Shown: positions 9,155 through 19,963 of the stretch, one piece after another | How the letters are laid out: each line of letters begins with the position of its first letter | Position numbering within the stretch: position 1 is the first letter of the stretch | Source of the DNA: Proteobacteria bacterium UBA3588 | GTDB lineage: Bacteria > Pseudomonadota > Gammaproteobacteria > Thiohalomonadales > Thiohalomonadaceae | NCBI GenBank assembly: GCA_002376325.1 | Contig: DFMR01000139.1 | Span: 1 to 57,982, forward strand | Direction: 5' to 3' | DNA length: 57,982 nt | Made by a program: the position numbers and the translations under genes | Notes under the pieces: model-generated | Told to the model about the DNA's origin: nothing | Database searches by the model: none | What the model saw: the letters and a program-made list of their open reading frames with translations, nothing else

Positions 9155-10482
9155 CGGTCCGCCTCCGCCACGAGATCGAGGCCGGCCTTGCGGGCCAGAT
9201 CGACGAATCCGGGGAAGGAGGTATCGACATTGGCACAGTCGGTAATGGTGATCGGCCCGGTTGCGCGCAGTGCCGCCATGGCGAAGGACATGGCGATGCG
9301 GTGGTCGCCATGGCTGTCGACCCGGCCACTGCCGAGGGTGCCGCCCTGGATGACGATGCCGTCCGGCGTCGCCCGGGCGTCGATGCCGAGGGCGACCAGA
9401 CCGTCGGCCATCACCTGGATACGATCGCTCTCCTTCACGCGCAGCTCCTCGGCGCCGGTCAGCACCGTCTCGCCCTCGGCGCAGGCGGCGGCGACGAACA
9501 GCGCCGGGAACTCGTCGATGGCCAGCGGCACCTGATCTTCGGGAATACGGATACCCTTGAGCTTGCCTGCACGCACGCGGATATCCGCTACCGGCTCGCC
9601 GCCCACCTCGCGCTCATTCAACAGCTCCAGCCCGGCGCCCATCAGGCGCAGGATATTGATCACGCCGATGCGGGTTGGATTGATGCCCACATGCTCCAGC
9701 ACGATATCCGAACCGGCGGCGATGGCGGCGCCGACCATGAAGAAGGTGGCCGAAGAGATATCGGCGGGAACGTCGATGGGTGCGGCGCTCAGTTTGCCGC
9801 CGCCCTGCACGCACACCTTACCGCCGCTGCGCTCCACCGGGTAGCCGAAGCCGGTGAGCATGCGCTCGGTATGGTCGCGGGTCGGCGCCGGTTCGCTGAC
9901 GCAGGTACGGCCTTCGGCATAGAGACCGGCCAGCAGCAGGCACGACTTCACCTGGGCGCTGGCCATGGGCATCGGGTAGTCGATCCCCTTGAGCCGCTGC
10001 CCGCCTTTCACCTTGAGCGGCGGCGTCCCTTTTTCGCTGGTCTCCACTACCGCCCCCATTAGCCGCAGCGGATCGGTCACCCGCTTCATCGGCCGCGTGG
10101 AGAGGGAAGCGTCGCCGCCCATCTCCACGTCGAAGCCCTGAGCCGCCATCAGCCCGGAGAGCAGCCGCATCGAGGTACCGGAATTGCCCAGATAAAGCGA
10201 CTTGGCCGGCGCCCGCAGGCCGTGCATGCCGACGCCGTGGATGGTGACCTGTCCGTCCGCCGGTCCTTCGATCCGCACCCCCATGGCGCGGAACGCCTCA
10301 AGGGTGGCGAGATTATCCTCGCCCTCCAGAAAGCCGCTCACTTCGGTCACCCCCTCGGCCAGGGCGCCGAGCATGATGGAGCGGTGGGAGATGGATTTAT
10401 CGCCCGGCACGCGAATGCGGCCGCTGAGCGCGCCACCGGGTGCGGCGCGGAAGATGATCTGCTTTTCGCTGCTGTCGGACAT
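9151..10482 (-). CDS. aroA: 3-phosphoshikimate 1-carboxyvinyltransferase (EPSP synthase, class II type)
   Basis: [45 protein letters not shown]. Confidence 0.97.
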   Translation of the reverse strand: MSDSSEKQIIFRAAPGGALSGRIRVPGDKSISHRSIMLGALAEGVTEVSGFLEGEDNLATLEAFRAMGVRIEGPADGQVTIHGVGMHGLRAPAKSLYLGNSGTSMRLLSGLMAAQGFDVEMGGDASLSTRPMKRVTDPLRLMGAVVETSEKGTPPLKVKGGQRLKGIDYPMPMASAQVKSCLLLAGLYAEGRTCVSEPAPTRDHTERMLTGFGYPVERSGGKVCVQGGGKLSAAPIDVPADISSATFFMVGAAIAAGSDIVLEHVGINPTRIGVINILRLMGAGLELLNEREVGGEPVADIRVRAGKLKGIRIPEDQVPLAIDEFPALFVAAACAEGETVLTGAEELRVKESDRIQVMADGLVALGIDARATPDGIVIQGGTLGSGRVDSHGDHRIAMSFAMAALRATGPITITDCANVDTSFPGFVDLARKAGLDLVAEADR

Positions 10483-10518
10483 GGTGTTGTCGTATGTGGT
10501 CGTCGTGGGGACGAAGGG

Positions 10519-11376
10519 TTATTGCTTGAATTCGTCGCGTGCCTGTTTGGCGCGGCGGAAGGTGGTCAGGATCGCCTCGCCGTCGCCGCGCTCGATGGCG
10601 CCGCGCAGTTGAGCCAAATCCGCGGCGTAGCGATCCATCACGCCAAGGAGCGCGTCGCGGTTGGCCAGACAGATGTCGTGCCACATGCGCGGGTCGCTGG
10701 AGGCGATGCGGGTGAAGTCGCGGAAACCGCCGGCGGCGAAGCAGAAGATCTCAGTGTGCTCCTCCATCCGCGCCAGGGTATCGACCAGGGTGTAAGCCAG
10801 GATGTGCGGCAGGTGGCTGGTGGCGGCCAGCACCTCGTCGTGGTGCCGCACCGCCATCTCCACCACCTGGGCACCCGCCGCCTGCCACATGCCGCGCACC
10901 GTCTCCAGCGCAGCGCGATCGGTGGTGGCCAGCGGCGTCAGAATCACGCGGCGGTTATGGTACAGCTCGGCGAACGACGCGGCCACGCCGCTGCGTTCGG
11001 TGCCGGCGATGGGGTGGCCTGGAATGAAACGCGGCGGAACGGTGCCGAACACGCGCTCCGCCGCCGTCACCACAGAGCCCTTGGTACTGCCGACGTCGGT
11101 AACGATCGTCTGCGGCGACAGGAAGGGGGCAAGTTCGCGCAACACCCCCTCCATCGCCCCGACCGGCACCGCCAGCACCACCACATCCGCATCGCGCAGC
11201 GCCGCCTGCGGATCGGTTTCGGCGCGATCGATGACCCCCAGCTCCTGCGCCAGCTGCAACGCCTGGGGATCGCGGCCGTAGCCGACCACCTCCCCCACCG
11301 CGTCGGCCACTTTCAATGCCCGCGCCAGGGAACCGCCGATCAGGCCGACACCGACGATGCAGAGGCGTCGAATCAT
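10519..11376 (-). CDS. tyrA: Prephenate/arogenate (cyclohexadienyl) dehydrogenase
   Basis: GVGLIGGS, TDVGSTKG, GHPIAGTERSG, SHLPH, GGFRDFTRIA. Start trimmed to the ATG of MIRRLCIVG. Confidence 0.95.
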   Translation of the reverse strand: MIRRLCIVGVGLIGGSLARALKVADAVGEVVGYGRDPQALQLAQELGVIDRAETDPQAALRDADVVVLAVPVGAMEGVLRELAPFLSPQTIVTDVGSTKGSVVTAAERVFGTVPPRFIPGHPIAGTERSGVAASFAELYHNRRVILTPLATTDRAALETVRGMWQAAGAQVVEMAVRHHDEVLAATSHLPHILAYTLVDTLARMEEHTEIFCFAAGGFRDFTRIASSDPRMWHDICLANRDALLGVMDRYAADLAQLRGAIERGDGEAILTTFRRAKQARDEFKQ

Positions 11377-11378
11377 GC

Positions 11379-12395
11379 TCAGATATCGCGCCCGATGGCC
11401 TGGGCGATGCCTTTGAGTTGCCCCATCAGGTCGACCAGTTCCTGCGGGTTCAGCGCCTGATCCGCATCGCACCACGCCTCGCACGGGTTGGGATGCATCT
11501 CCACCAGCAACCCGTCGGCACCCGCGGCGATGGCCGCGCGCGCCAGCGCCGGCACCATCCACGCCTTGCCGCCGGCATGGCTGGGATCGATGATCACCGG
11601 CAGATGGGTCTCTTTCTTCAGCACCGGAATGGCGGTGACGTCGAGCATGTTGCGGTAGTAGGTCTCGAAGCTGCGCACGCCGCGCTCACAGAAGATGATA
11701 TCGTGATTGCCGCCGGCCGCGATGTACTCCGCCGCCATCAGCCACTCGGAGATGGTGGCCGCCATGCCGCGCTTGAGTACCACCGGCTTGTGCAGACGCC
11801 CCACCTCTTTGAGCAGGTCGAAGTTCTGCATGTTGCGGGTGCCGATCTGGATCACGTCGACGTCGTATTTGAGGAAGGCGTCGATCTGGCGCACGTCCAT
11901 CAGCTCGGTGACGATGGGCAGTTTGTGCTTGTCGGCCGCCTGGCGGAAAATCTCCAGCCCTTCGACGCCTGCACCCTGAAAGCTGTAGGGACTGGTGCGC
12001 GGCTTGAACGCACCGCCGCGCATCAGGCGGCAGCCGGCCGCCGCCACCTGCGCCGCCGCCTCGTCCATCTGCGCTTGGGTCTCCACCGAGCAGGGGCCGG
12101 CGATCACCTGGATCTGCCTGCCGCCCAGCTTCACGCCTTTGATATCGATCACGGTGTCCTGTTTTTGATAGGAGCGGGCGACGATCTTGTAAGGCTTCAT
12201 CACCCGGATAACGTCTTCCACGCCGGGCAGCGCCTGTAGCAGCTCCTTGTCGATCTTGCCCTCGTCGCCGATGGCGCCGATCACGGTACGCTCCATACCG
12301 CGCGAGACATTGCTGCCCAGCCCCCAGCCCTTCAGCCGCTGGACCACGCTGTCGATCTGCGTGTCGGTAACCTCATTGCTCATGATGATGATCAT
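11379..12395 (-). CDS. aroF: DAHP synthase, class I-beta, with N-terminal ferredoxin-like regulatory domain
   Basis: IAGPCSVE, RGGAFKPRTSPYSFQG, QIGTRNMQNF, IDPSHAGG, DADQAL, plus a ~65-aa N-terminal extension (MIIIMS...ERTVIGAIGD). Confidence 0.93.
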   Translation of the reverse strand: MIIIMSNEVTDTQIDSVVQRLKGWGLGSNVSRGMERTVIGAIGDEGKIDKELLQALPGVEDVIRVMKPYKIVARSYQKQDTVIDIKGVKLGGRQIQVIAGPCSVETQAQMDEAAAQVAAAGCRLMRGGAFKPRTSPYSFQGAGVEGLEIFRQAADKHKLPIVTELMDVRQIDAFLKYDVDVIQIGTRNMQNFDLLKEVGRLHKPVVLKRGMAATISEWLMAAEYIAAGGNHDIIFCERGVRSFETYYRNMLDVTAIPVLKKETHLPVIIDPSHAGGKAWMVPALARAAIAAGADGLLVEMHPNPCEAWCDADQALNPQELVDLMGQLKGIAQAIGRDI

Positions 12396-12440
12396 GTCGA
12401 TACCACTCTCTAAGACTCAATAAAAATTCGTTGGCGACGG

Positions 12441-13556
12441 CTAGCGTCCCAGTACCTTGCGCAGCGCCTGGAGCAGGCGCCCGTTATCTTCCGGCAAGCC
12501 GATGGTGATGCGCAGATGGTCGGGCATGCCGTAATTGGCCACCGGGCGCACGATGATTCCTTTGCGCAGCAACCCTTCGTAGATCGGCGCCGCCGGCTGC
12601 CCCATGTCCACGCTGATGAAGTTACCCACCGAGGGGATGTAATCGAGCCCTAGTTCGTTTGCGCCCTGCGCCAGCTGCCGCATGCCTGCGGCATTCAATT
12701 CCAGCGACTGCCGCAGGTGTTGGTCGTCGTCCAGCGCCGCCGCGGCCGCGGCCAAGGCCACGTTGTTGACGTTGAACGGCGGACGCACCCGGTTCATCAG
12801 ATCCGCCACCTGCGGGTGGGAGACGCCGTAGCCGACCCGCAGCCCGGCGAGACCATAACACTTGGAGAAAGTGCGCGCGACTATGAGGTTCGGATAGCGC
12901 CCGACCCATTGCATGGCGTCGGGATAGTCGTCCGCCGCCAGCGCCGGGTGGCTGGCATATTCGAAATAGGCCTCGTCCACCACCAGCAGCACATGGGACG
13001 GCAGGTCGACGATGAAGCGCTCCAGTTCGGCGCCGCCGAGCCAGGTGCCGGTGGGATTGTTGGGGTTGGCGAGAAACACCAGGCGGGTCCGCTCGCTGAT
13101 CGCCGCACGCATCGCCGCCAGGTCGTTGCCCCAGGCCTTCGCCGGGACCACCACCGCCGTGGCGCCCGCCGCCCGGGTCAGGATCGGATAGAGGGCGAAA
13201 CTGTGCTCGGAGAACAGCACCTCGTCCTGCGGCGTGACGAAGGCGCGCACCGCAAAGTCGAGGATGTCGCTGGAACCGTTGCCCAGGGTCAGCTGCTCCA
13301 TGGCCACGCCCAGCCGCTCGGTCAGTTTCTGTTTCAGTACGAAGCCGTTGCCGTCCGGGTAGAGCCAGACATCCTCCAGCACGGCGCGCGCCGCGGCCAG
13401 CGCCCTGGGGCTCGGCCCCAGCGGGTTTTCGTTGGAGGCGAGCTTGATGACGTTGCTCACGCCATACTCGCGCTCCAGCTCCTCGATCGGCTTGCCCGGC
13501 TGATAGGGTCTCAGTTGCCGCACGCCCGGCGTGGCCAGTTGCAGAAAATCGATCAT
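12441..13556 (-). CDS. hisC: Histidinol-phosphate / aromatic aminotransferase
   Basis: YQPGKP, KLASNENPLGPSP, NPNNPTG, DEAY, RTFSKCYGLAGLRVGY. Confidence 0.95.
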   Translation of the reverse strand: MIDFLQLATPGVRQLRPYQPGKPIEELEREYGVSNVIKLASNENPLGPSPRALAAARAVLEDVWLYPDGNGFVLKQKLTERLGVAMEQLTLGNGSSDILDFAVRAFVTPQDEVLFSEHSFALYPILTRAAGATAVVVPAKAWGNDLAAMRAAISERTRLVFLANPNNPTGTWLGGAELERFIVDLPSHVLLVVDEAYFEYASHPALAADDYPDAMQWVGRYPNLIVARTFSKCYGLAGLRVGYGVSHPQVADLMNRVRPPFNVNNVALAAAAAALDDDQHLRQSLELNAAGMRQLAQGANELGLDYIPSVGNFISVDMGQPAAPIYEGLLRKGIIVRPVANYGMPDHLRITIGLPEDNGRLLQALRKVLGR

Positions 13557-13562
13557 GATCGT

Positions 13563-14645
13563 TTACAGGACGGCTTTGGGATAGGAGCCTAGGATCTTGA
13601 ACAGGGCCGATTCTGCTTCCAGTTGCTGCAGCGCAGTCGCCACCTTCTTATCCTGGGCATGCCCTTCGATATCGAAGAAGAAGACGTACTCCCACATGCC
13701 CTGGCGCGACGGGCGCGACTCGACACGGGTCATGGAGATACCGTTGTCGGCCAGCGGCGCCAACAGGTGGAACAGGGCGCCGGGCTTGTTGCGGGCGGCC
13801 ACCATCAGCGACGTCTTGTCGTCGCCGCTTGCAGTAACGACATCGTTGCCGATCACCAGAAAACGGGTGGTGTTGCCCGGAGTGTCCTCGATATTTTGCG
13901 CCAAGGCGGGCAACGCGTAGATATCCGCGGCGTTATTGCCGGCAACCGCAGCGGCGTCGCGCTCTTCGGCCGCGCGGCGCGCCCCCTCCGCATTGTTGCT
14001 CACGGCGACGCGCTCGGCGTGCGGCAGATTGGCATCCAGCCATTCGCGGCACTGTGCCAGAGCCTGACTGTGGGCATAGACGCGCCGAACCTGCGCCAGC
14101 GATTGCGCATGGCTGAGCAGGTTGTGGCGAATGCGCAGGTTGATCTCGCCGCAGATGCGCAGGCCTGAGCGCATGAACATGTCGAGGGTATGGGTCACCA
14201 CGCCTTCGGATGAATTCTCCACCGGCACTACCCCGTAGTGGGCACTGCCCGCCTCCACCTCGCGGAACACCTCATCGATGGCCGCCAGGGGCAGCGTCGT
14301 CACCGCCGCGCCGAACTGTTTCAACGCCGCAGCGTGCGTGTAGCTGCCGGCCGGTCCGAAATAGGCGATACGCAGCGGCTGCTCCAGGGCCAGACAGGCC
14401 GACATGATTTCGCGGAACAAGCGCGCCATATCGTCCGCCGGCAACGGTCCCGTATTACGCTCTTTGACCTTGCTCAGCACCTGCGCTTCGCGTTCGGCGC
14501 GATAGAAGATCACATCACCGCCGACACCGACCTTGACCCGCGCCACCTCCTGCGCGAGCGCGGCGCGTTCGTTGATCAAGCTCTGGATATGCTCATCCAG
14601 TGCGTCGATCCGTTCCCGTAAGACTTGCAGCTGTTGTTCGCTCAT
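13563..14645 (-). CDS. pheA: P-protein (chorismate mutase / prephenate dehydratase)
   Basis: LRERIDALD..LINERA, VVPVENS.EG, NTTRF, ESRPS, LGSYP. Confidence 0.97.
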   Translation of the reverse strand: MSEQQLQVLRERIDALDEHIQSLINERAALAQEVARVKVGVGGDVIFYRAEREAQVLSKVKERNTGPLPADDMARLFREIMSACLALEQPLRIAYFGPAGSYTHAAALKQFGAAVTTLPLAAIDEVFREVEAGSAHYGVVPVENSSEGVVTHTLDMFMRSGLRICGEINLRIRHNLLSHAQSLAQVRRVYAHSQALAQCREWLDANLPHAERVAVSNNAEGARRAAEERDAAAVAGNNAADIYALPALAQNIEDTPGNTTRFLVIGNDVVTASGDDKTSLMVAARNKPGALFHLLAPLADNGISMTRVESRPSRQGMWEYVFFFDIEGHAQDKKVATALQQLEAESALFKILGSYPKAVL

Positions 14646-14654
14646 ATCATCCGT

Positions 14655-15824
14655 TCATTCGATCACACGGACCGCCAGCACCCCGGCGATGCCCGCGATG
14701 CGCTCCACCACCTCGGCCGGCAGCGGCTTGTCCACGTCAACCACCGTGTAGGCCAGTTCGCCGCGCGATTTGTTGAGCATATCGACGATATTCAATCCGC
14801 CCTTGCCCAGATCGCTCGATACCTGACTCAGCATATTGGGCACGTTGGAGTTTACCACCGCCAAGCGGTAGGTCCCTGCGCTGCGCGCCATGATCACCTC
14901 GGGGAAATTCACCGAGTTGCGCACGTTGCCGTTCTCCAGGTAGTCGCGCACCTGTTCAGCCACCATCACGGCGCAATTATCCTCCGCCTCCTGGGTCGAA
15001 GCGCCCAGATGCGGCAGGGTAATCACCCGTTCATGCCCTTTCAGCAGATTGGTGGGGAAATCGCATACGTAGCCGTACACCTTCCCACCCTTAATCGCCT
15101 CGGCGATGGCCTCGTCGTCGACGATGCCCTTACGGGCAAAATTAAGCACGACCACGCCTTTGCGCATCCGCGCCAGCCGTTCTCGGTTCAGCATGTGCCG
15201 GGTGGCGTCGATGAGCGGCACATGGAAAGTCAGGAAGTCGACCTTCTCCACCATTTCGTCGAAGCCCGCCGCCTTCTGCACCTCCGAGGAGAGCTGCCAT
15301 GCGCCCTCAACCGTAATGCCCGGATCGAAACCGATCACCTTCATGCCCAGCGCAATGGCGGTGTTCGCCACCTCACGGCCGATGGCGCCCAGACCGACCA
15401 CGCCCAGGGTACGTCCGGGCAATTCGAAACCGGCGAAGTTTTTCTTGCCCGCCTCGGTCTGCTTGTCGATACCTGCATCGTCTCCCGCTAGGTTACGGCT
15501 GAAATCCCACGCCTGGCAGATATTGCGGCAGGCCAGCAACATGCCTGCAAGGACCAGCTCTTTCACCGCGTTGGCGTTGGCACCCGGTGCGTTGAACACA
15601 GGGATGCCCAATGTACTCATCTTCTCAACCGGGATGTTGTTCACCCCGGCCCCAGCCCGCCCTACCGCCTTCAGCGACGGCGGTATCGTCATGTCATGCA
15701 TCTTGAATGAGCGCAACAGAATCGCATCGGGATGCTGTATCTCGGACGCAACCTCATACCGGTCCCGCGGCAGTCGATCCAGCCCGGCCGGCGAGATGTT
15801 GTTCAGCGTCAGTATCTTGTACAT
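14655..15824 (-). CDS. serA: D-3-phosphoglycerate dehydrogenase (short form with C-terminal ACT domain)
   Basis: RAGAGVNNIP, NAPGANANAV.E, GLGAIG, NFAR, PHLGASTQEAE; adjacent to serC. Confidence 0.92.
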   Translation of the reverse strand: MYKILTLNNISPAGLDRLPRDRYEVASEIQHPDAILLRSFKMHDMTIPPSLKAVGRAGAGVNNIPVEKMSTLGIPVFNAPGANANAVKELVLAGMLLACRNICQAWDFSRNLAGDDAGIDKQTEAGKKNFAGFELPGRTLGVVGLGAIGREVANTAIALGMKVIGFDPGITVEGAWQLSSEVQKAAGFDEMVEKVDFLTFHVPLIDATRHMLNRERLARMRKGVVVLNFARKGIVDDEAIAEAIKGGKVYGYVCDFPTNLLKGHERVITLPHLGASTQEAEDNCAVMVAEQVRDYLENGNVRNSVNFPEVIMARSAGTYRLAVVNSNVPNMLSQVSSDLGKGGLNIVDMLNKSRGELAYTVVDVDKPLPAEVVERIAGIAGVLAVRVIE

Positions 15825-15844
15825 GGGCTCCCCCTTTGGTAATG

Positions 15845-15900
15845 ACGGGGAACGTCGGGTTGTTATTTTTTTCCCATCGTTTCCCCGCGTTCCCTCCGGT
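15845..15900. repeat. Degenerate inverted repeat with ~9-bp periodicity between serC and serA
   Basis: ACGGGGAACGTCGGG (15845-15859) faces CCCATCGTTTCCCCGCGTTCCCTCCGGT (15873-15900). Confidence 0.45.
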
Positions 15901-15906
15901 AAGACC

Positions 15907-16989
15907 TCAGCCGTGGCGCTGGGCGAAGTCTGCCATGAAGGCGACCAACGCGTCGACGCCCGCTTCCGGCATCGCGTTATAGATACTGGCGCGCATGCCG
16001 CCGACGGAACGGTGTCCCTTCAGCGTGACCAGCCCCGCCGCCTTTGCCTCCGAGAGGAACACTGTGTCCAGTTCCGAATCGGCCAGAGTGAACGGCACGT
16101 TCATCCAGGAGCGGCATGCGGTGTCTACGGGATTTTTGTAAAAGCCGGAATTATCGATGGCGGCATAGAGCTTTTCTGCTTTGCGCCGATTGACCGCCGC
16201 CATCTGGGTCAGACCGCCGTTCTTCTTCAACCACTGGAATACCAGGCCGGCCAGGTACCAGCTATAGGTCGCCGGGGTGTTGTACATGGACTCCGCATCG
16301 GCGTGGATTTTATAGTCGAACATGATGGGGGTCCCGACAACGGTTTCACCCATCAGGTCTTCGCGGACAATCACCACGGTCAATCCAGCCGGGCCGATGT
16401 TCTTCTGGGCACCGGCGTAGATCAGACCGTATTGGCTCACGTCGAGCGGACGCGACAGCAGCGTCGAGGACATGTCCGCCACCAGCGGCACCTCACCAGT
16501 GGCGGGGATGTACGGGAACTCCACGCCACGGATAGTCTCGTTCGGCGTGTAATGGACGTAGGCGGCATCGGCACTCAGTTTCAGATCCGCCTGCGCCGGG
16601 CAGGCGGTAAAGTTGCCGGCCGAGGTGTCGGCGGCGACATTCACCTGGCAGAACCGCTTGGCCTCGGTGATGGCCTTCTTCGACCAGTCGCCGGTATTGA
16701 TGTAGTCGGCTCCCTGCTTCCCGCGCAGCAGGTTCAACGGCACCATCGCGAACTGGCTGGAGGCGCCGCCTTGCAGGAACAGCACCTTATAATTGGCGGG
16801 AATGGCCAGCAGCTCGCGCAGATCCGCCTCGGCCTGAGCGGCGATGGACATGTACTCCTTGCCGCGATGACTCATCTCCATCACCGACATGCCGCTGCCG
16901 TTCCAGTCCAGCATCTCGTCGCGGGCCTGTTCGATCACGACCTGCGGCAACATTGCCGGGCCGGCGCTGAAATTGAATACACGTGCCAT
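15907..16989 (-). CDS. serC: Phosphoserine aminotransferase
   Basis: FNFSAGPA, MEMSHR, NETIRG, ADMSS, AGAQKNIGPAG, GHRSVGGMRASIYNA. Confidence 0.98.
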   Translation of the reverse strand: MARVFNFSAGPAMLPQVVIEQARDEMLDWNGSGMSVMEMSHRGKEYMSIAAQAEADLRELLAIPANYKVLFLQGGASSQFAMVPLNLLRGKQGADYINTGDWSKKAITEAKRFCQVNVAADTSAGNFTACPAQADLKLSADAAYVHYTPNETIRGVEFPYIPATGEVPLVADMSSTLLSRPLDVSQYGLIYAGAQKNIGPAGLTVVIVREDLMGETVVGTPIMFDYKIHADAESMYNTPATYSWYLAGLVFQWLKKNGGLTQMAAVNRRKAEKLYAAIDNSGFYKNPVDTACRSWMNVPFTLADSELDTVFLSEAKAAGLVTLKGHRSVGGMRASIYNAMPEAGVDALVAFMADFAQRHG

Positions 16990-17025
16990 CTTGTCTTGTC
17001 CCCACTACGTAAAAGCCAAAGACTC

Positions 17026-17099
17026 AACCACGGGAACCACGGGGGGCACGGGGGAAATCAGAATCACTCTTCCCCCGGCGCCTCGTGAGCACCGTCGTT
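17026..17099. repeat. 9-bp periodic CACGGG repeat (x3) with an imperfect inverted partner in the gyrA 3' end
   Basis: AACCACGGG AACCACGGG GGGCACGGG (17026-17052). The reverse complement of 17070-17099 matches 17026-17056 at about 23/31 positions with one gap. Confidence 0.55.
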
Positions 17100-19682
17100 A
17101 CCTGCTTCCTCAACACTATCCACTGCGGGCGAATCCTCATTCGCCTCCTCTTCCTCGCTCTCGGCGATGCGTTCCAGGGCAACCAGCTTTTCGCCTTCGG
17201 TCAGACTGATCAGCTTGACTCCCTGGGTGTTGCGGCTCATCACCGATACTTCGGCGACGTGGGTGCGCACCAGGGTGCCGCCGTCGGTGACCAGCATGAT
17301 CTCGTCGCCGTCGCTCACCAGCACCGCGCCGACCACGCTGCCGTTGCGCTCGCTGGTCTGGATCGAGATGACCCCTTGGCCACCGCGGCCGTGGCGCGGG
17401 TAGTCGTCGATGGGCGTGCGCTTACCGTAACCGTTCTCGGTCGCCGTAAGCACGTCGCCCTCCGCCTGCACGATGAGCGAAATCACCTTCTGTCCATCCT
17501 GCAGGCGGACACCGCGCACGCCGCGGGAGACGCGACCCATCGGGCGCACATCCTGTTCGTTGAAGCGAATCACTTTGCCGACGTTGGTGAACAGCAGGAT
17601 ATCGCAGCTGCCTTCGGTGATGGCGACGTTCACCAGTTGATCGTCGTCCATCAGATCGACGGCGATGATGCCGCTGGTGCGCGGACGCGAGTAATCGATC
17701 AGCGACGTCTTCTTCACGGTGCCGTTGGTCGTCGCCATGAAGATGTACTTGTTCTCCTCGAATGCGCGGATCGGCAGGATGGCGTTGATCCGCTCGCCCT
17801 CCTCCAGCGGCAGCAGATTGACGATAGGACGGCCGCGCGCACCGTGACCCGCCTGCGGCAGTTCGTATACTTTTTTCCAATAGACGCGGCCGCGACTGGA
17901 GAAACAGAGGATGGTGTCGTGGGTATTGGCCACGAACAGCTTGTCGATGAAGTCCTGTTCCTTCACCGAAGCGGCGGCGCGGCCGCGCCCGCCGCGGCGC
18001 TGGGCGCGGTAGTCCGCGACCGGCTGCGCCTTGACATACCCTTCGTGCGACAGGGTGACCACTACGTCCTCTTCGCTGATCAGATCCTCCAGCGACAGAT
18101 CCTCGTGGGAGGCGCGAATCTCGGTACGGCGCGCATCACCGTACTGATCGCGCACCTGCACCAGCTCTTCGCGGATCACCTCCAGCAGACGGTTGGGGTC
18201 GTGCAGGATATGCAACAGACCCTCGATGGTATCCAGCAGCTGGCGAAACTCATCGATGATTTTATCCTGCTCCAGGCCGGTCAGGCGGTGCAGGCGCAGG
18301 TCGAGGATCGCCTGGGCCTGCGCCTCGGACAGACGGTAACCGTCTTCCGCCAGACCAAACTCCTTGCCCAGCCCGTCGGGGCGCGAGGCCTGGGCACCGG
18401 CACGGGCCAGCATATCGGTCACCACACCCGGCGCCCAGGCGCGGCCGAGCAGCCCAGCCTTCGCTTCGGCCGGGTTGGGCGATGCCTTGATCAGCGCGAT
18501 GATGGGATCGATGTTGGCCATGGCGACGGCCAACCCCTCCAACACATGGGCACGTTCGCGCGCCTTGCGCAGATCGAAAATGGTGCGTCGCGTCACCACC
18601 GCGCGGCGGTGACGGATAAACGCCTCCAGCATCTGCTTGAGGTTGAGCAGGCGCGGCTGACCGTCGAGCAGCGCCACCATGTTGATGCCGAACACGCTCT
18701 GCATGGAGGTATGCTGGTAGAGGTTATTGAGCAACACCTCGGCCACCTCGCCACGCTTGAGTTCGATCACCAGGCGCATGCCGTCCTTGTCGGACTCGTC
18801 GCGCAGGCCGTCCTGGGAGATCCCCTCGATCTTTTTCTCTTTGACCAGTTCGGCGATCTTTTCGATCAGCCGTGCCTTGTTGACCTGATACGGCAGTTCG
18901 GTCACCACGATACGCTGGCGGCCGGACTCCATCTCCTCGATCTCGGTGCGGGCACGCACATAGATGCGGCCGCGGCCGGTGTGGTAAGCCTCATAGATGC
19001 CGCGCGCGCCGTTGATGATGCCGGCGGTGGGGAAATCGGGGCCGGGGATATGCTGCATCAAATCGGCGATGGTGGCGTCCGGCGTGTCGATCAGCGCCAG
19101 GCAACCGTTGATGACTTCAGTCAGATTGTGCGGCGCGATGTTGGTCGCCATGCCCACCGCGATGCCGGCCGAACCGTTGACCAGCAGATGAGGAAAACGC
19201 GCCGGCAGCACCTCCGGTTCCAGCTCCGAGCCGTCATAGTTGGGGACGAAGTCCACCGTCTCCTTTTCGATGTCGGCCAATAGCTCGTGGGCGATACGCG
19301 CCATACGCACCTCGGTATAGCGCATGGCGGCGGCGGAGTCGCCGTCCACCGAACCGAAGTTGCCTTGGCCGTCGACCAGCATGTAGCGCAGCGAAAAGGG
19401 CTGCGCCATGCGCACGATGGTGTCGTAGACGGCCGAGTCGCCGTGGGGATGGTACTTACCGATGACGTCACCGACCACGCGGGCCGATTTCTTATAGGGT
19501 TTGTTCCAGTCGTTGCCCAGCTCGCGCATGGCGAAGAGCACGCGACGGTGCACCGGCTTGAGGCCGTCGCGCACATCGGGCAGGGCACGACCCACGATGA
19601 CGCTCATGGCGTAATCGAGATAAGATTGTTTCATCTCCTCCTCGATGTTGACCGGGAGGACCTCTTTTGCGAATTCTGCCAT
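17064..19682 (-). CDS. gyrA: DNA gyrase subunit A
   Basis: [18 protein letters not shown] (catalytic Tyr), GyrA-box QRRGGRG, beta-pinwheel repeats, acidic tail. Confidence 0.98.
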   Translation of the reverse strand: MAEFAKEVLPVNIEEEMKQSYLDYAMSVIVGRALPDVRDGLKPVHRRVLFAMRELGNDWNKPYKKSARVVGDVIGKYHPHGDSAVYDTIVRMAQPFSLRYMLVDGQGNFGSVDGDSAAAMRYTEVRMARIAHELLADIEKETVDFVPNYDGSELEPEVLPARFPHLLVNGSAGIAVGMATNIAPHNLTEVINGCLALIDTPDATIADLMQHIPGPDFPTAGIINGARGIYEAYHTGRGRIYVRARTEIEEMESGRQRIVVTELPYQVNKARLIEKIAELVKEKKIEGISQDGLRDESDKDGMRLVIELKRGEVAEVLLNNLYQHTSMQSVFGINMVALLDGQPRLLNLKQMLEAFIRHRRAVVTRRTIFDLRKARERAHVLEGLAVAMANIDPIIALIKASPNPAEAKAGLLGRAWAPGVVTDMLARAGAQASRPDGLGKEFGLAEDGYRLSEAQAQAILDLRLHRLTGLEQDKIIDEFRQLLDTIEGLLHILHDPNRLLEVIREELVQVRDQYGDARRTEIRASHEDLSLEDLISEEDVVVTLSHEGYVKAQPVADYRAQRRGGRGRAAASVKEQDFIDKLFVANTHDTILCFSSRGRVYWKKVYELPQAGHGARGRPIVNLLPLEEGERINAILPIRAFEENKYIFMATTNGTVKKTSLIDYSRPRTSGIIAVDLMDDDQLVNVAITEGSCDILLFTNVGKVIRFNEQDVRPMGRVSRGVRGVRLQDGQKVISLIVQAEGDVLTATENGYGKRTPIDDYPRHGRGGQGVISIQTSERNGSVVGAVLVSDGDEIMLVTDGGTLVRTHVAEVSVMSRNTQGVKLISLTEGEKLVALERIAESEEEEANEDSPAVDSVEEAGNDGAHEAPGEE

Positions 19683-19749
19683 TGGGAAATAGTGTCCTTT
19701 CAGCCCCTGCGGACCTGAACGAGTACCTCGCGCGGCGCGTGAAACATGC

Positions 19750-19762
19750 TAACTATTTGATT
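19750..19762 (-). promoter_or_regulatory. IHF consensus site upstream of gyrA
   Basis: Minus strand AATCAA-ATAG-TTA is a perfect WATCAANNNNTTR match in an AT-rich patch ~70 bp before the gyrA ATG. Confidence 0.55.
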
Positions 19763-19963
19763 AGCCAATCGAATAATCCGTCATGCGCAGCACGGCGTCA
19801 CGTCCTTGGATGGATTACGGGACCATACCGCCGACCAACCACAGCGGGGCCGTCAGATGCCCGGAAAACTCGCCGGATAATAACATAACTCGCCCCCCTC
19901 CCGACGAATAAAAGCGGTCAGGAGCGCTTTCCGGGCCGCTGACAGGAGATGCCCGGCGGCAAT

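Noticed and set aside
15106-19283. Long plus-strand ORFs (660 aa and 732 aa)
   Set aside because: Antisense to serA/serC and gyrA; expected from high-GC codon bias and lacking recognisable motifs.
19738-19746. parS-like CGTGAAACA
   Set aside because: Only a half-site; the left arm of the 16-bp palindrome is absent.
19877-19905. dif-like TAACATAA (XerD arm core)
   Set aside because: No XerC arm at the 6-bp spacing; more likely AT-rich promoter DNA.
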